From: a virus
Taxonomy: Duplodnaviria; Caudoviricetes
Direction: 5' to 3' (one strand)
DNA: 54,689 nucleotides
Virus record (IMG/VR): IMGVR_UViG_3300005753_000041
Location: 1-54,689 of that record
Shown in pieces: positions 29,101 through 38,881 of the stretch (the stretch's first letter is position 1; each line of letters starts with the position of its first letter). Below the pieces are notes generated by a model. That model made no database searches. It was not told the DNA's origin and saw only the letters and a program-made list of their open reading frames with translations. The position numbers were made by a program, and so were the translations under genes.

Positions 29101-32100
29101 ATAGATAACTATTTACGCGCCCAATTAAAAAGTAATTTTGGGTATACTTATCCAACTCCTCAGACCAGTAAAGGTACAGTAGCGAAGGCTGATAAGCCGA
29201 AAGCGAATGTACCTGATACAGTACAAAATACCCAACAACAACAACAAACAACTACTACTACTCCAGAAGAATCCGGTACAGATACTGATATACGTGTAGG
29301 GTATCAATCAAGCATAGATGAATTAAATGGGAATGAGATCCACCCTGATGCTCCAAGTACAGTTAATGCAACCATAGTTAGAGAGCGTTTTGAGGAATTA
29401 TACAATAGTAAGATTCCCTTAAGTGATAAACAATTAAGTAAAATAATGCAGATAGCGCTGAATGGCGAAAAGTTTATTAGCAACAAAACTCACAAGCAAA
29501 ACATAATGAGAGCAGTTAACTCTTTATTAGTTGAGTTTAATCCAACCTTTGTTAACCCAAATCAGCAAAGTGATGCCCCTACTAAACAGGTAAATACCAA
29601 AGTTAAAGAAGGTACCCCATACACTAAAGCTAAACTTAAATTACTGGATAAATTAACAAAAGATTCTAACTTAGATGCAACACAGAAAGCAGCGGTTATT
29701 AAACAACTAGAATCCGGTATTGATAAACTAAACCCTAAAAGTAAAACATACTTAACGGATGCCGTGGCTTTATTAGAGACTAACGCTACACGTCTTGCTG
29801 AGTCTCAGGCACAACAAGGTAAGTTGGCGATACAGTTAGGACTGAAAGCTAAAACAGAATCGTATGCAGAAAATACAAACAAGGCTACGGATTTCATAGA
29901 TGCCCCAGAGCGTAAAACTAAGACGCAGGGAACAATTGAAGCCATCACTAACGTATTTACTAAATGGTTTACTTTACGTCCTTCAGGTAATATTTTTGGA
30001 TCTAGCTTTGACTTAACTAATAGGCTTGATTTTGATAAAGCAATTCTTGCATCATTACCTCCGAATACTGACTTAAATGATGTACAGCAACAGAGTATAG
30101 ATAACGTCTTTGACTATATTGGAAAGTATATAAAAGAGTATCGAAAACGGCAGGTAACTTCATCGACTATAAACTCAAAAGGTAATCCATTAATTAACGG
30201 ATCATTCCTTGCGACTGCCCCTATATACAGTATGTTACGCGGAGAAGGTGTAAAAGTTTTTGATGATAACGTAGTAGCAGCATTTGCTATGGCTTCACTA
30301 GATTACATTACAGGCTCTATGCTAGAAGATATTAACCCAGCAGAAGCTCGTACTCGAACAGCATCCATCTTGGGTATTAAAGATAAGAGACAGCCAATTA
30401 ATAATTTCCATGTCAAGGTACTAGGTAATATAGGTAAGTTAAGATCAGACTTAGAAAAAGATATAGGTAGAAGTTTTAAATCTATAATAGGTGTTCAGGC
30501 AAACGATGAAACATTAGAGTCAGTATCTGATTTAATGGATTCAACTGCAGGTGCGATAATCACTCAGTCTATGCTAAACACTGGAACTCTAGTAGAAACA
30601 GTTATGCCTACAGCATTATATCAAGCGATAACTGATCCTACTGCATTAAATTTAGAAACATTTACTAAGTATTTTGACAATGTAACCGGGCAGTATATCA
30701 AAGGAAGTTACGAGAAAGATTTTGCAGACGCGCTACAAACTATATCCTTCTTGAGTGCGAATCATAGAGTTGATATTAAGACAACTAAAGCAGGTAATAG
30801 GTATTCCACCAAACAGGTACATCCTAGATTAGACACTATGGCTAATATGTTTACTAATACAGCATCATTAGGGCATAAATTATTTGGGGTAACTTCTGTA
30901 GATAAATTACCTTCATTAAATGAACCAACAGAATTGCAAGAAACTGCAGGAGGGAAAAAACAAAATAAGGTGAATCCTAAAGTAGCTAAAATACGTTTAG
31001 AACACTCTAAGAAGCCCGTTAAGCTAAATAAATCAATAACCCAAGTGTTACTCTCATTAGGTAGAGAACAGGTTATAGACATGATTGTTACCCCTCTAGA
31101 TGAACAAGTCATACACTCAGATGATTTTATGTCTGAGAAAGCAAAATATGATACTACAGTACGGTCTATAAATGACTTCTTTGATTTTGTAGAGGGATTA
31201 CCTACCCAAGATGCTGAGTTCTATTTAACCCAAGTTGGTTGGACAAATACACGTACAGGTCTAGAAAATAATAAACTTAATCCTCAAGGAGATAAGTTTG
31301 CTAGGTTTATTATGCAGTACTCTGCCAATAAAATAAGTATAACTAAAGGCGACTCAGATAGTTTATTGGGGTTCAAACTAGCTGTCACACAGGCGTTAGG
31401 ACATAGTATTGATAATATGAATATAAATCAGATAAACACTGTGTTTAATGGCTTAGTAGACGAGGCGAATACCCCAGATAGTTTCTTACAACAGCAAATA
31501 GAAGTTGCAAATGGGCTAAGTGAAACAAACACTCCTGAAGATTTTGGATCAGGCATTGTAGAGTCGTTGATTATAAAAGACCATAAAGGGAACGAAGGGC
31601 TACACCATTTAACTGGTTTACTTGCATTAGGGGATTATATTTCCACAGAAGAGGGTGATTCGTTTGATACTTCAATTTTCTATGAAGTAGATGGTAAGAC
31701 AAATGGTTTTGCTATTACCTTACTTCAATTAGTCACTCAAAGTGGGGGAGTTACTTCCAGCAATATTGGTATATTAGAAGCAAAGGTAATAGAGAACTCA
31801 GACCCCGAAGCTATAGCTACCTTTTACGATTCTAGGGGAAAGCGTACATCTATTTTACAAAAACTTATTCGTAACCTCTCAGTAGATGAAAGACTTGCTA
31901 AGACAGGTGTGATGCAGGACTCTAGTACATTCAAAACTTATGTAGAGTATAAACAGAAAACGGGAAGTCAGGACTCATACCAAGAATTGATGGCAGATAT
32001 ATTAACTAGAGAAGTTAATGTCAACAAAGTATTAGGGGACCAAACAAAAGCAGAACTCTTAGACACTATGATTAGTGCAGGGATCACCAAAGCAATTAAT

Positions 32101-35100
32101 AGTACTATTTTTAGAGTGAATAAGGCAATAAAAGAGGGCAACTTACTTAGCCCAGAAACTGTACATTATATGTACACGAATGCATTACAAAATAATATAG
32201 ACTCTTTAGTTAATCTTATAAATAAAGACCTTGATGGGGAGTCACAACCACAGTTAGGGATTTCGGAGGAACAGCTTAATTCAATCAAAGACATTAACAA
32301 CTTAAGAACTGCAGCCAATATATTATATTCAGCTAGAGCTGACGATAGTAAACGTACTGCAGCAATGATTCTTAACAATGCTACACCAGGGAAACCAAAG
32401 TATGTTGTTATTAAAGCTGAAATGGCGCGTAGAGGGCGCAATACAGCCAAACATATTCGTACAGCTAATGATCGTTTGGACGCTGCACAAAGCCTTGTAG
32501 GTGCCTTACAGAAAGGGGAATCTATAGATGAACAAGGTCTGCCACAATTCATAATAAGTTCATTAGGTAGAGAATTAGCTAAACCTGCATTATTAATCTC
32601 TAACTATGGGGCAGCCATTACCAGCATTATAAATAAATACTCCGACTTTGTTATAGCAGAGCTAAAGAAGGATTTAGTTAACTTACATAAAACACGGGAA
32701 GATATAGATAGCCAAGGGAGGATTGATGCATTAAATAAAGCATATAATCAACTAACAGGCAAAACAGGGGTTATATTATTTACTAAGCAAAATCTCTTAA
32801 GTCGATTACCTGCAGATATAAGTACTGTAGTAAGAGCAAACCTAAACAAGTCTTATGGTCAGCTTATTAAAGATACTCTACAAGAAAAGTATGGGGATGT
32901 ATTTGAGGCTAGGAGACAGTTGACTAATATGACAAGCTTAACCTACCACCTGTACAAGGCATATGAGCAAGCAACTATAGAAGAGTATAAGAAAGAGCAT
33001 GATATAACAGCACTAACTGTAGGTGACAGGAAAACTATCAATGAACAGTTAATCGCTGTAACACCTTACTATGAAACTTATTTTTCAGAGTCTATAGATG
33101 AGGGCATCTTAGGCCCAGTACTTTCAGAGAAACAAGTAATTAATGATCCTAGTTATACGTCAAATGTCCCTATTATTACAAAAGAAGGAGCAGTAGGGCG
33201 TAGAAAAGTTACCGGGTATAGGAAAGAAGTAGATCACCCGGGAGTGCGAGTTCCTGTAATGTTGACGCACTCCTTAGATGCTACAGTACAATTATTATTC
33301 ATTGAAAAGTTACATGAGCAAACAGGGATTACTGCACTAAATCTCCATGATGCATATGGCATGTCTACTTTAAATCCTGAACTTACTACTAAAATTTATA
33401 ATGAATCGTACAAAGAAGCTGTAATTAAGTTTTCCATTACAGAGTCAGTAAATAATCCCCTACAGAGAATCCATGAAGCATTTGAGCTTATGGGGGATAC
33501 TGGTACTTACCAAGATAATTACAAAAAACTGGAGAAAGATATAAAGGATAGAGTAGTTACCGATGGGGGTTTAGGCTTACTTGGCATGAGAGGTTTCTTA
33601 GAGCTTGGCATCCCAGGATTAGTTGCTAGTGCTGGTAATATTTCAAGAGAGACTAACCAAGCTCGTAATGAATATTTTAGTAGGGGAGACATTCACTTCA
33701 ATCAATACATTGCTACGGATCTTGAAGGTAGTACTTCTACAGTAAAAGAGGCTAATGCTAACTTGGATTCTAACCATACTCCTTCCCCTAAAACAGAGAC
33801 CAGTAATACGGAAACTGAGTTAGGTAGTAGTAATGAAGACCTAGATATAAGCAATTTCAAAGCAGATACAGAAGTGGATCTTACGCCCTCTTCAGTAGTA
33901 GCGGAATTTGATAATCTAGTTGGTGCCGGCAACAAACAAGATACTCCTTCACATACAGCCCAACTCAAAGATGTAATAGAGTCTATTATTCAAAAGGTAC
34001 TCAAGCCAGTTACGCTCAAGATACGTACTGCAGGTAACTCCACAATAGGTGCCTACAAGCCTAGTGAAGGAATATTTTTGAATATATCTAGCCCAACAGC
34101 AGGTAAACCCAATTTATTCACAGATATGAGTCCTCAAGAGGTATATACGCATGAATTAACCCATCGGGTAATACTAGAAGCCTTGAACACTATTCCTGCT
34201 CTATACACAAGAGCAGACAGGTTTAGGACCGAAGTTATGCAGGCAAAGGATGCTAATGGCAATCTTATAATGACTTCAGATATATTCTTAGACCCTGCGT
34301 TAGCTAATAATCCTGATGCAGTTAAGCTCGCAGAGGATACTTTTAATTATATATTTCATAACACAGGGACAAGTAGAGTAAATATACTTGACCCACGGAC
34401 AGGTAAAAAGGTATCTAAGAAAGTAGAGAATGGTATACACGAATTTATGACATTTTCTGTCACAAACGAACCCTTTATACGCGCACTAAAACAAATACAG
34501 ATTGCTAACAAAGTGAAAGTTAATACTAATGCAACTTTATTTGAAAAAGCTGTAGAGTTGTTTAATACCATACTAAATATATTCAGAAGGTATACTGGTA
34601 AATCTAATACATCAGCAGATATAGCGGCTATGAACATAGTTAATGCTTTAGCAGATGTGCAGGTTAAACAACGTAGCCAAGTCGCCAAAGTGTATAACCA
34701 AGTTACAGATACCGTAAGTACTATCTACTCTAAGAGTATTGATAAAACAATAGGTAAACTACTAAAAGACGGCATAACAATTAAGGGAGTTAACCATAAT
34801 TTAAATCTCCCTGATGTGGATACTTATGATGCCTTCTTTACTGGAGCCAAAGCTGTGTTAGGTAAAACCTCTGCACCATTAGACGGGTTTGCACACGGTA
34901 TATTAAATGAGTTACATCCTAATTCTAAGACCAATGATTTTATTCATAATGCGTTTAGGTATAAGCGAGTTAAAATTGATCAAGCAACCCAGAGAATAAG
35001 TCACGGCTTTGTTACCTATGTTAATAATCTATTTGATAATGAATTAAACAAGCAAGACAAAATACATATAACTAAAGTTATGTTGCGTACTGATTCTCAA

Positions 35101-37314
35101 TCCTTAGTTGGTAGCTATGATGCAAATCAACTAGGAGACTTTATGCTTAAGCCTAGTTCATTACAGACTGAAATTAATTCATTAGAGAAACAACTGAAGA
35201 AAGACTTCGGTGCAAACGCACATTATTATTCTGTTATGTCTAAGAATTTAGCATGGTTTATGGCCACTCAAAAATCTAGAGGGAAAGCCTTATTATTAAA
35301 TGCATATGATATAGCTAACCTTAAACAATCTGGATTAAAGAGTATAGGTAATTTAAAAGCAGCAGAGAAAGCAATAGATACTTTAACTTCTTTAAGAGCA
35401 TTAGCTTTTACAGAATCTGGAGTCTTACGTAAAGCAGGAGTGTTATATAAAAAATACCCTAAGCAAATGGATGAACTATTAGAATCTAATCGTATAAACT
35501 ATTTATCACGTATGAAAAGTATGTTTAATAATAATCCTAGTCAAGTTACAAAAGGATGGGTTAGAGAAAAATACTCCAATAACATTCAAATACGAGTAGG
35601 GGAAAGAGCAGATTTAGATCAGATGGCAAGTGAAGGTTTCTATCCAGATGAAAATGCAAAAAGTATGTTGAATGATCCAAGTGATAAGAGTCCAGAAAAG
35701 CTACTTTACGTTAATAAATACGCTGACCTCTCCGCTAGAGTATCTGGTGCATTTAGCTTAAGCGATATACACGCTAAAGGAACTAAAGTAGAAAATAAAT
35801 ACTTATCAGACGTTATTCTAGATAAAGATAGAGTGTTTAAAAAGATTGCCAATGGAGGTGATGTACTTACTACTTCAGATGAAGGAAACGTAATACCATT
35901 AATGAACTCTAGTGGGGATATTGTTGGGTACCGATATGTCATATCTAACTTCCATAAAGAATCTATGTTAGATGCTGACTTAACTATAGATAATGTTATG
36001 GCTCGAATGGAGACGCATAATATAACTAGAACTCGTACTAAAATTGTAAACAAAGCTTTAGTAGATAATGCTTTTAAGTCTTTTTCAACAGCAACTCCTC
36101 AGTCACAACGATTACAGTATGTGGCTATAGGTGCAAAGGAAAAAGGTAAATTTAAAGAGTATTGGGATTTATTGCCAGAAGAGACAAAACAAGATGTGAT
36201 TAATACGTGGGGTACGGCAAGAATGTACTTACCTAAGGATGCTGTCATCATGGCTATGGGACAGGCTAAATGGTCTACGCAAAGTATACGTAAGAAAGAT
36301 TTAACTAATCTTAAAGGAAAAAAACACGTATACGGGGCTATCAATAACGTAGTGGCTACCTTGTTAAATAACCCTAAGATTAACTTTGGAGAGACTTTAT
36401 TAAGGGAAGCTATACTATTTGCTAAAGACACCATTGTGAATAGAACAGGGACTGTTCTAGTAGGGAATCAGTTAAGTAATATGATTACTTTAAAAATTAA
36501 AGGTATTCCTTTTGCTGATATATTGCAGGGACAAACAGAAGCAGTTAAGCATATTAAATTATATGCGATTACAACTGACAAAATAATGCAGAACATTATT
36601 AAGTTACGTAACAATCCTACTTTATCTAAACAGGAACGTAAGGTTATAAAAGCCGAGCTTACGAGATTAAACCATCAACTTACTCAGAATCCTGTTGGGC
36701 CTTTAATTGATGCAGGAATGCATCAAACTATTGTAGAGGATGTGGATATTACAGATGACCCATCTAAAATGGGACGCATTGAAAAAGCTATAAAAGGTAA
36801 TAAATTAATTCAAAGCTTAAGTAATACAAGTGGTAATGCTTATTCAAACGCTATACGTAAAGTTGGGTCAGAATTACTAATGACGCATAATAGTGCACTG
36901 TATTCTTTCTTGCATGACGCTACTAGAATTTCGGATTTTGCTGCAAGGTATGTACTACATAAACACAATCTAGCAAAAGGAATAGATGCAAATAAATCTA
37001 TTTCAGAAATAGATAGAACATTTATCAATTACGATTTGCCTTCACATCCTTTCTTACAGTTAGGTAATGATCTAGGCTTCATGATCTTTACTAAATTCCT
37101 GTTCAGGATTCAACCAATAATAGCTGAGCTTCTTGTGAATAATCCTAAAAATGTTACAGCTTTTCTACTGTATCAACTTACGTTAGGGATAGATCCTGAA
37201 GATATAATGGAGGCGTTTATGAGTCCAACTAAATTAATCAATAAGTTCAATAATCCTTTTGAACTTATGTTGGATGTAATGGATGAAGGGTTAGTAGCAA
37301 GTACGCTTACTTAG
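26131..37314 (+). CDS. virion-encapsidated RNA polymerase (N4 gp50-like vRNAP)
   Basis: 3727 aa, no Cys seen; NPQGDK, motif A YEVDGKTNG (D1854), motif B RELAKPALLISNYG (K2151/Y2159), motif C LHDA (D2407), HELTH, C-terminal SDFAARY...FINYD. Confidence 0.95.
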   Translation: MRFDDSFIDFDLSKQSSINMFGQKEDAVANASQAKQNSINDKVNQDTLDRFNETVIRNNRRDFGEHAQDAASLALRASLGLGQIAYGATDLALYGISLGNIDLDKATEDQYGESLSQKFQRSRRIANSFESEQLTARRAEIARRSHERGLTNQQFDATNPTGLDNFFQGVKNFGSAVADQIEFATVGLDSALESIPQALVPGGITNIFRAKLAGAAGKLAAKNVTRTKQGKALFNANVPEGKVAKNFRRTKAGKAITKEIKEIASRKGAKDYLESKAGVKAVNSIASKTGLTYVAVSEGISNAGEVQSTILNSTEKDLNASSKEYRELRKQGQTHKQAKRALANTGRLITALIAGATGAVAGKLTGSAKLEGLGFKVDSPVGKKIASKILVNPVTSSAAREGVEETLQGASGTFAGNVAQRLTSNDDQKLSEGVIEGAAQGLVAGVISGGGLAAVLNIPNVGSTVSTGIKTGVQAVSKKIEEKTLSNVDPIAKKAIKSGDLSNIDKEANPLAYLQAITNEKFIPKDEKELAKHNEELVRAATVIFNDLGTRGKALADIGDTVQEFQKQLISHEETPNLTDEQVTEYTQAIEQYITDLGEFRTLKDAYVIQNDKITTIKEGIKATAQAPIQAIKEKLDADNSTVIGENTNVDAPKDNSTKITVDEANTLLGSGTRVTESQVNQLAEIDGLSEESKAAIDYYKAVNSISAVSQNIADNAPLLTDKPNAKKGVVQHIEAILTATSKADKVGAYNEYVQFRDGLINKSKEILDLNKPKTSPEYKKAFAKYIPQKLKDKNPADLDAQVTKIMHSVSKALRQQDLPLLKVTDIHLSNFAGITTNSPLEGSTEVGSTPEQSVDNVTTPETTSVQNTDTGTADVPTKGKIQRIKRVSVNTPSKHKDSLFVFGDNLIGKGKAGQAVIRDAENSIGIPTKNLPSNKDGAFATDADFDTYKTAIDTAITSIKEAQDSGKNIVFPVDGLGTGLANLAESSPKIDNYLRAQLKSNFGYTYPTPQTSKGTVAKADKPKANVPDTVQNTQQQQQTTTTTPEESGTDTDIRVGYQSSIDELNGNEIHPDAPSTVNATIVRERFEELYNSKIPLSDKQLSKIMQIALNGEKFISNKTHKQNIMRAVNSLLVEFNPTFVNPNQQSDAPTKQVNTKVKEGTPYTKAKLKLLDKLTKDSNLDATQKAAVIKQLESGIDKLNPKSKTYLTDAVALLETNATRLAESQAQQGKLAIQLGLKAKTESYAENTNKATDFIDAPERKTKTQGTIEAITNVFTKWFTLRPSGNIFGSSFDLTNRLDFDKAILASLPPNTDLNDVQQQSIDNVFDYIGKYIKEYRKRQVTSSTINSKGNPLINGSFLATAPIYSMLRGEGVKVFDDNVVAAFAMASLDYITGSMLEDINPAEARTRTASILGIKDKRQPINNFHVKVLGNIGKLRSDLEKDIGRSFKSIIGVQANDETLESVSDLMDSTAGAIITQSMLNTGTLVETVMPTALYQAITDPTALNLETFTKYFDNVTGQYIKGSYEKDFADALQTISFLSANHRVDIKTTKAGNRYSTKQVHPRLDTMANMFTNTASLGHKLFGVTSVDKLPSLNEPTELQETAGGKKQNKVNPKVAKIRLEHSKKPVKLNKSITQVLLSLGREQVIDMIVTPLDEQVIHSDDFMSEKAKYDTTVRSINDFFDFVEGLPTQDAEFYLTQVGWTNTRTGLENNKLNPQGDKFARFIMQYSANKISITKGDSDSLLGFKLAVTQALGHSIDNMNINQINTVFNGLVDEANTPDSFLQQQIEVANGLSETNTPEDFGSGIVESLIIKDHKGNEGLHHLTGLLALGDYISTEEGDSFDTSIFYEVDGKTNGFAITLLQLVTQSGGVTSSNIGILEAKVIENSDPEAIATFYDSRGKRTSILQKLIRNLSVDERLAKTGVMQDSSTFKTYVEYKQKTGSQDSYQELMADILTREVNVNKVLGDQTKAELLDTMISAGITKAINSTIFRVNKAIKEGNLLSPETVHYMYTNALQNNIDSLVNLINKDLDGESQPQLGISEEQLNSIKDINNLRTAANILYSARADDSKRTAAMILNNATPGKPKYVVIKAEMARRGRNTAKHIRTANDRLDAAQSLVGALQKGESIDEQGLPQFIISSLGRELAKPALLISNYGAAITSIINKYSDFVIAELKKDLVNLHKTREDIDSQGRIDALNKAYNQLTGKTGVILFTKQNLLSRLPADISTVVRANLNKSYGQLIKDTLQEKYGDVFEARRQLTNMTSLTYHLYKAYEQATIEEYKKEHDITALTVGDRKTINEQLIAVTPYYETYFSESIDEGILGPVLSEKQVINDPSYTSNVPIITKEGAVGRRKVTGYRKEVDHPGVRVPVMLTHSLDATVQLLFIEKLHEQTGITALNLHDAYGMSTLNPELTTKIYNESYKEAVIKFSITESVNNPLQRIHEAFELMGDTGTYQDNYKKLEKDIKDRVVTDGGLGLLGMRGFLELGIPGLVASAGNISRETNQARNEYFSRGDIHFNQYIATDLEGSTSTVKEANANLDSNHTPSPKTETSNTETELGSSNEDLDISNFKADTEVDLTPSSVVAEFDNLVGAGNKQDTPSHTAQLKDVIESIIQKVLKPVTLKIRTAGNSTIGAYKPSEGIFLNISSPTAGKPNLFTDMSPQEVYTHELTHRVILEALNTIPALYTRADRFRTEVMQAKDANGNLIMTSDIFLDPALANNPDAVKLAEDTFNYIFHNTGTSRVNILDPRTGKKVSKKVENGIHEFMTFSVTNEPFIRALKQIQIANKVKVNTNATLFEKAVELFNTILNIFRRYTGKSNTSADIAAMNIVNALADVQVKQRSQVAKVYNQVTDTVSTIYSKSIDKTIGKLLKDGITIKGVNHNLNLPDVDTYDAFFTGAKAVLGKTSAPLDGFAHGILNELHPNSKTNDFIHNAFRYKRVKIDQATQRISHGFVTYVNNLFDNELNKQDKIHITKVMLRTDSQSLVGSYDANQLGDFMLKPSSLQTEINSLEKQLKKDFGANAHYYSVMSKNLAWFMATQKSRGKALLLNAYDIANLKQSGLKSIGNLKAAEKAIDTLTSLRALAFTESGVLRKAGVLYKKYPKQMDELLESNRINYLSRMKSMFNNNPSQVTKGWVREKYSNNIQIRVGERADLDQMASEGFYPDENAKSMLNDPSDKSPEKLLYVNKYADLSARVSGAFSLSDIHAKGTKVENKYLSDVILDKDRVFKKIANGGDVLTTSDEGNVIPLMNSSGDIVGYRYVISNFHKESMLDADLTIDNVMARMETHNITRTRTKIVNKALVDNAFKSFSTATPQSQRLQYVAIGAKEKGKFKEYWDLLPEETKQDVINTWGTARMYLPKDAVIMAMGQAKWSTQSIRKKDLTNLKGKKHVYGAINNVVATLLNNPKINFGETLLREAILFAKDTIVNRTGTVLVGNQLSNMITLKIKGIPFADILQGQTEAVKHIKLYAITTDKIMQNIIKLRNNPTLSKQERKVIKAELTRLNHQLTQNPVGPLIDAGMHQTIVEDVDITDDPSKMGRIEKAIKGNKLIQSLSNTSGNAYSNAIRKVGSELLMTHNSALYSFLHDATRISDFAARYVLHKHNLAKGIDANKSISEIDRTFINYDLPSHPFLQLGNDLGFMIFTKFLFRIQPIIAELLVNNPKNVTAFLLYQLTLGIDPEDIMEAFMSPTKLINKFNNPFELMLDVMDEGLVASTLT

Positions 37315-37480
37315 GGGTCTTTCTAGACTCCCTGATTAACCCAAAAAGTATAAAGCCTACAAAACCTACTCCCAGTATTATGACTAGTACAGTCATGATA
37401 GCTGGGAGTATGAATATGCAGAATACGATTAATCCCATAAGTACTATCGCAGAAAATGCGGATATTATATTATTCCACAT
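37307..37480 (-). CDS. small two-TM membrane protein (57 aa, not in ORF track)
   Basis: MWNNIISAFSAIVLMGLIVFCIFILPAIMTVLVIILGVGFVGFILFGLIRESRKTPK; TAATG-coupled to upstream gene; stop overlaps the vRNAP end. Confidence 0.7.
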   Translation of the reverse strand: MWNNIISAFSAIVLMGLIVFCIFILPAIMTVLVIILGVGFVGFILFGLIRESRKTPK

Positions 37481-37776
37481 TAGTTAGCAAATAGAGATTC
37501 AGCCTCTACAGCTTCTTCAGAAGTTTCACTATCATTTCCGCCCTCAACTACAGCCTCCAAAGTTGTATTCTCTTCAACAGGATCTACGATAGCTTTAGCG
37601 TCAGCTATTGACTCTACTCCAGTAGCTTCAATAGAAATATTTGCAGAATACCCTGTTCCGCTTCTACCTGCAGTAAAGGTAACGTTGACAACAGAGTTGT
37701 TTAAGTTTAAGCCTTTCTTTCCGGCAAAATCAATAACGGACTGTACTAGCTCGTCATGGTTAAATTGTAAATTCAT
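37480..37776 (-). CDS. conserved N4-like hypothetical protein
   Basis: VTFTAGR motif with acidic tail ending SLF; GAGG RBS. Confidence 0.7.
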   Translation of the reverse strand: MNLQFNHDELVQSVIDFAGKKGLNLNNSVVNVTFTAGRSGTGYSANISIEATGVESIADAKAIVDPVEENTTLEAVVEGGNDSETSEEAVEAESLFAN

Positions 37777-38153
37777 AATTCTTCCTCAATTAATATTTCG
37801 ACTCTAGGATTCTCTTTATCTATTTCTCCAAACAAATAAATTACTTTTTTTAAGTGATGATAATTATCGTCAGGTAATTTACCTAACTCAACTAAACTGT
37901 CACAAAAGAACTTATCATGTATGGATAAAATGTTACTGATATCGCAGAGTCTTTTGGTTTTTGGGAATAAAGTATACACAATGCATGCTCTATCCATTTT
38001 GGGTAACTTTTCAATTTGCTCCCTTAAGATTTCCTTGTACGTTATCTTCGCTTTATTTAAAACTTGGAAATGCGTATTTCGGTAGACGTTAAGATTCAAT
38101 GTAAACATTTTCTTCTTAGTCTGTTGAACTCTTAAGGGAGCATGTATGATCAT
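37773..38153 (-). CDS. RusA-like Holliday junction resolvase
   Basis: LNLNVYRN, DISN...KFFCDSLV..G.LPDDN, DKENPRVEI. Confidence 0.85.
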   Translation of the reverse strand: MIIHAPLRVQQTKKKMFTLNLNVYRNTHFQVLNKAKITYKEILREQIEKLPKMDRACIVYTLFPKTKRLCDISNILSIHDKFFCDSLVELGKLPDDNYHHLKKVIYLFGEIDKENPRVEILIEEEL

Positions 38154-38872
38154 TACGAGAATAATTCCTGTGGCTTATCAATAGGGGCCGATGTAGATTG
38201 CCCTTCTGCCGCACCTGAATTTTTAGCTTTACGGATTACAGTTTTACCTGCTTTATCAGCCTTCCATTTAGCTAAGAATGCTGGCTTAGTTTCTCCGGCT
38301 TTTTGCTCAGTTAAGGTTAAGCCATTTTTAAGAAAGAATTTAGCAAACTCATTCTTATCTATATACTCCCCTGTACCATCTTTATACCCACTTTCCTTAG
38401 TGGTTTTTTCTTCGGATACATGCTGGATGGCAATAGCTAACTCTTTGCCTAATACATCCGTAAACACAGATACAGAGCGATCCACTTCTGCCTTTACAGC
38501 AAAGTCATATAAAGCTACAACTTTATCGGCTTTAGTTTGTTGTGCAATTCCTTGCCCAGTAGCTACTTTAAAGAAGCTATCCATTTGTGAGTAACCCGGT
38601 AACGGTAATTCCTTTCCTGATTTTTTATCAGTATACGTAAATTTAACATTGTTGCCTAAATCAGCACGTTTAGCTGTAGAAATATAAATAGTCTGTCTGG
38701 TAGTTCTACCTCCATGCTCAAAGTGAATATTTACACTTACAGCCCCTGACTTAGATGCATCTAAAAAGCACATCTTGACATTACCTTGGTATATGCCTGA
38801 ATCTACATATCCACCACCAAGTGAATCACTCTCTTCTTGTACTTCTACATCATTTCCTAAACTTAAATCCAT
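38153..38872 (-). CDS. single-stranded DNA-binding protein (N4 gp45-like)
   Basis: DSLGGG..DSGIY, SKSGA, PLPGYS, C-terminal ELFS; synteny. Confidence 0.85.
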   Translation of the reverse strand: MDLSLGNDVEVQEESDSLGGGYVDSGIYQGNVKMCFLDASKSGAVSVNIHFEHGGRTTRQTIYISTAKRADLGNNVKFTYTDKKSGKELPLPGYSQMDSFFKVATGQGIAQQTKADKVVALYDFAVKAEVDRSVSVFTDVLGKELAIAIQHVSEEKTTKESGYKDGTGEYIDKNEFAKFFLKNGLTLTEQKAGETKPAFLAKWKADKAGKTVIRKAKNSGAAEGQSTSAPIDKPQELFS

Positions 38873-38881
38873 TATGGACTC

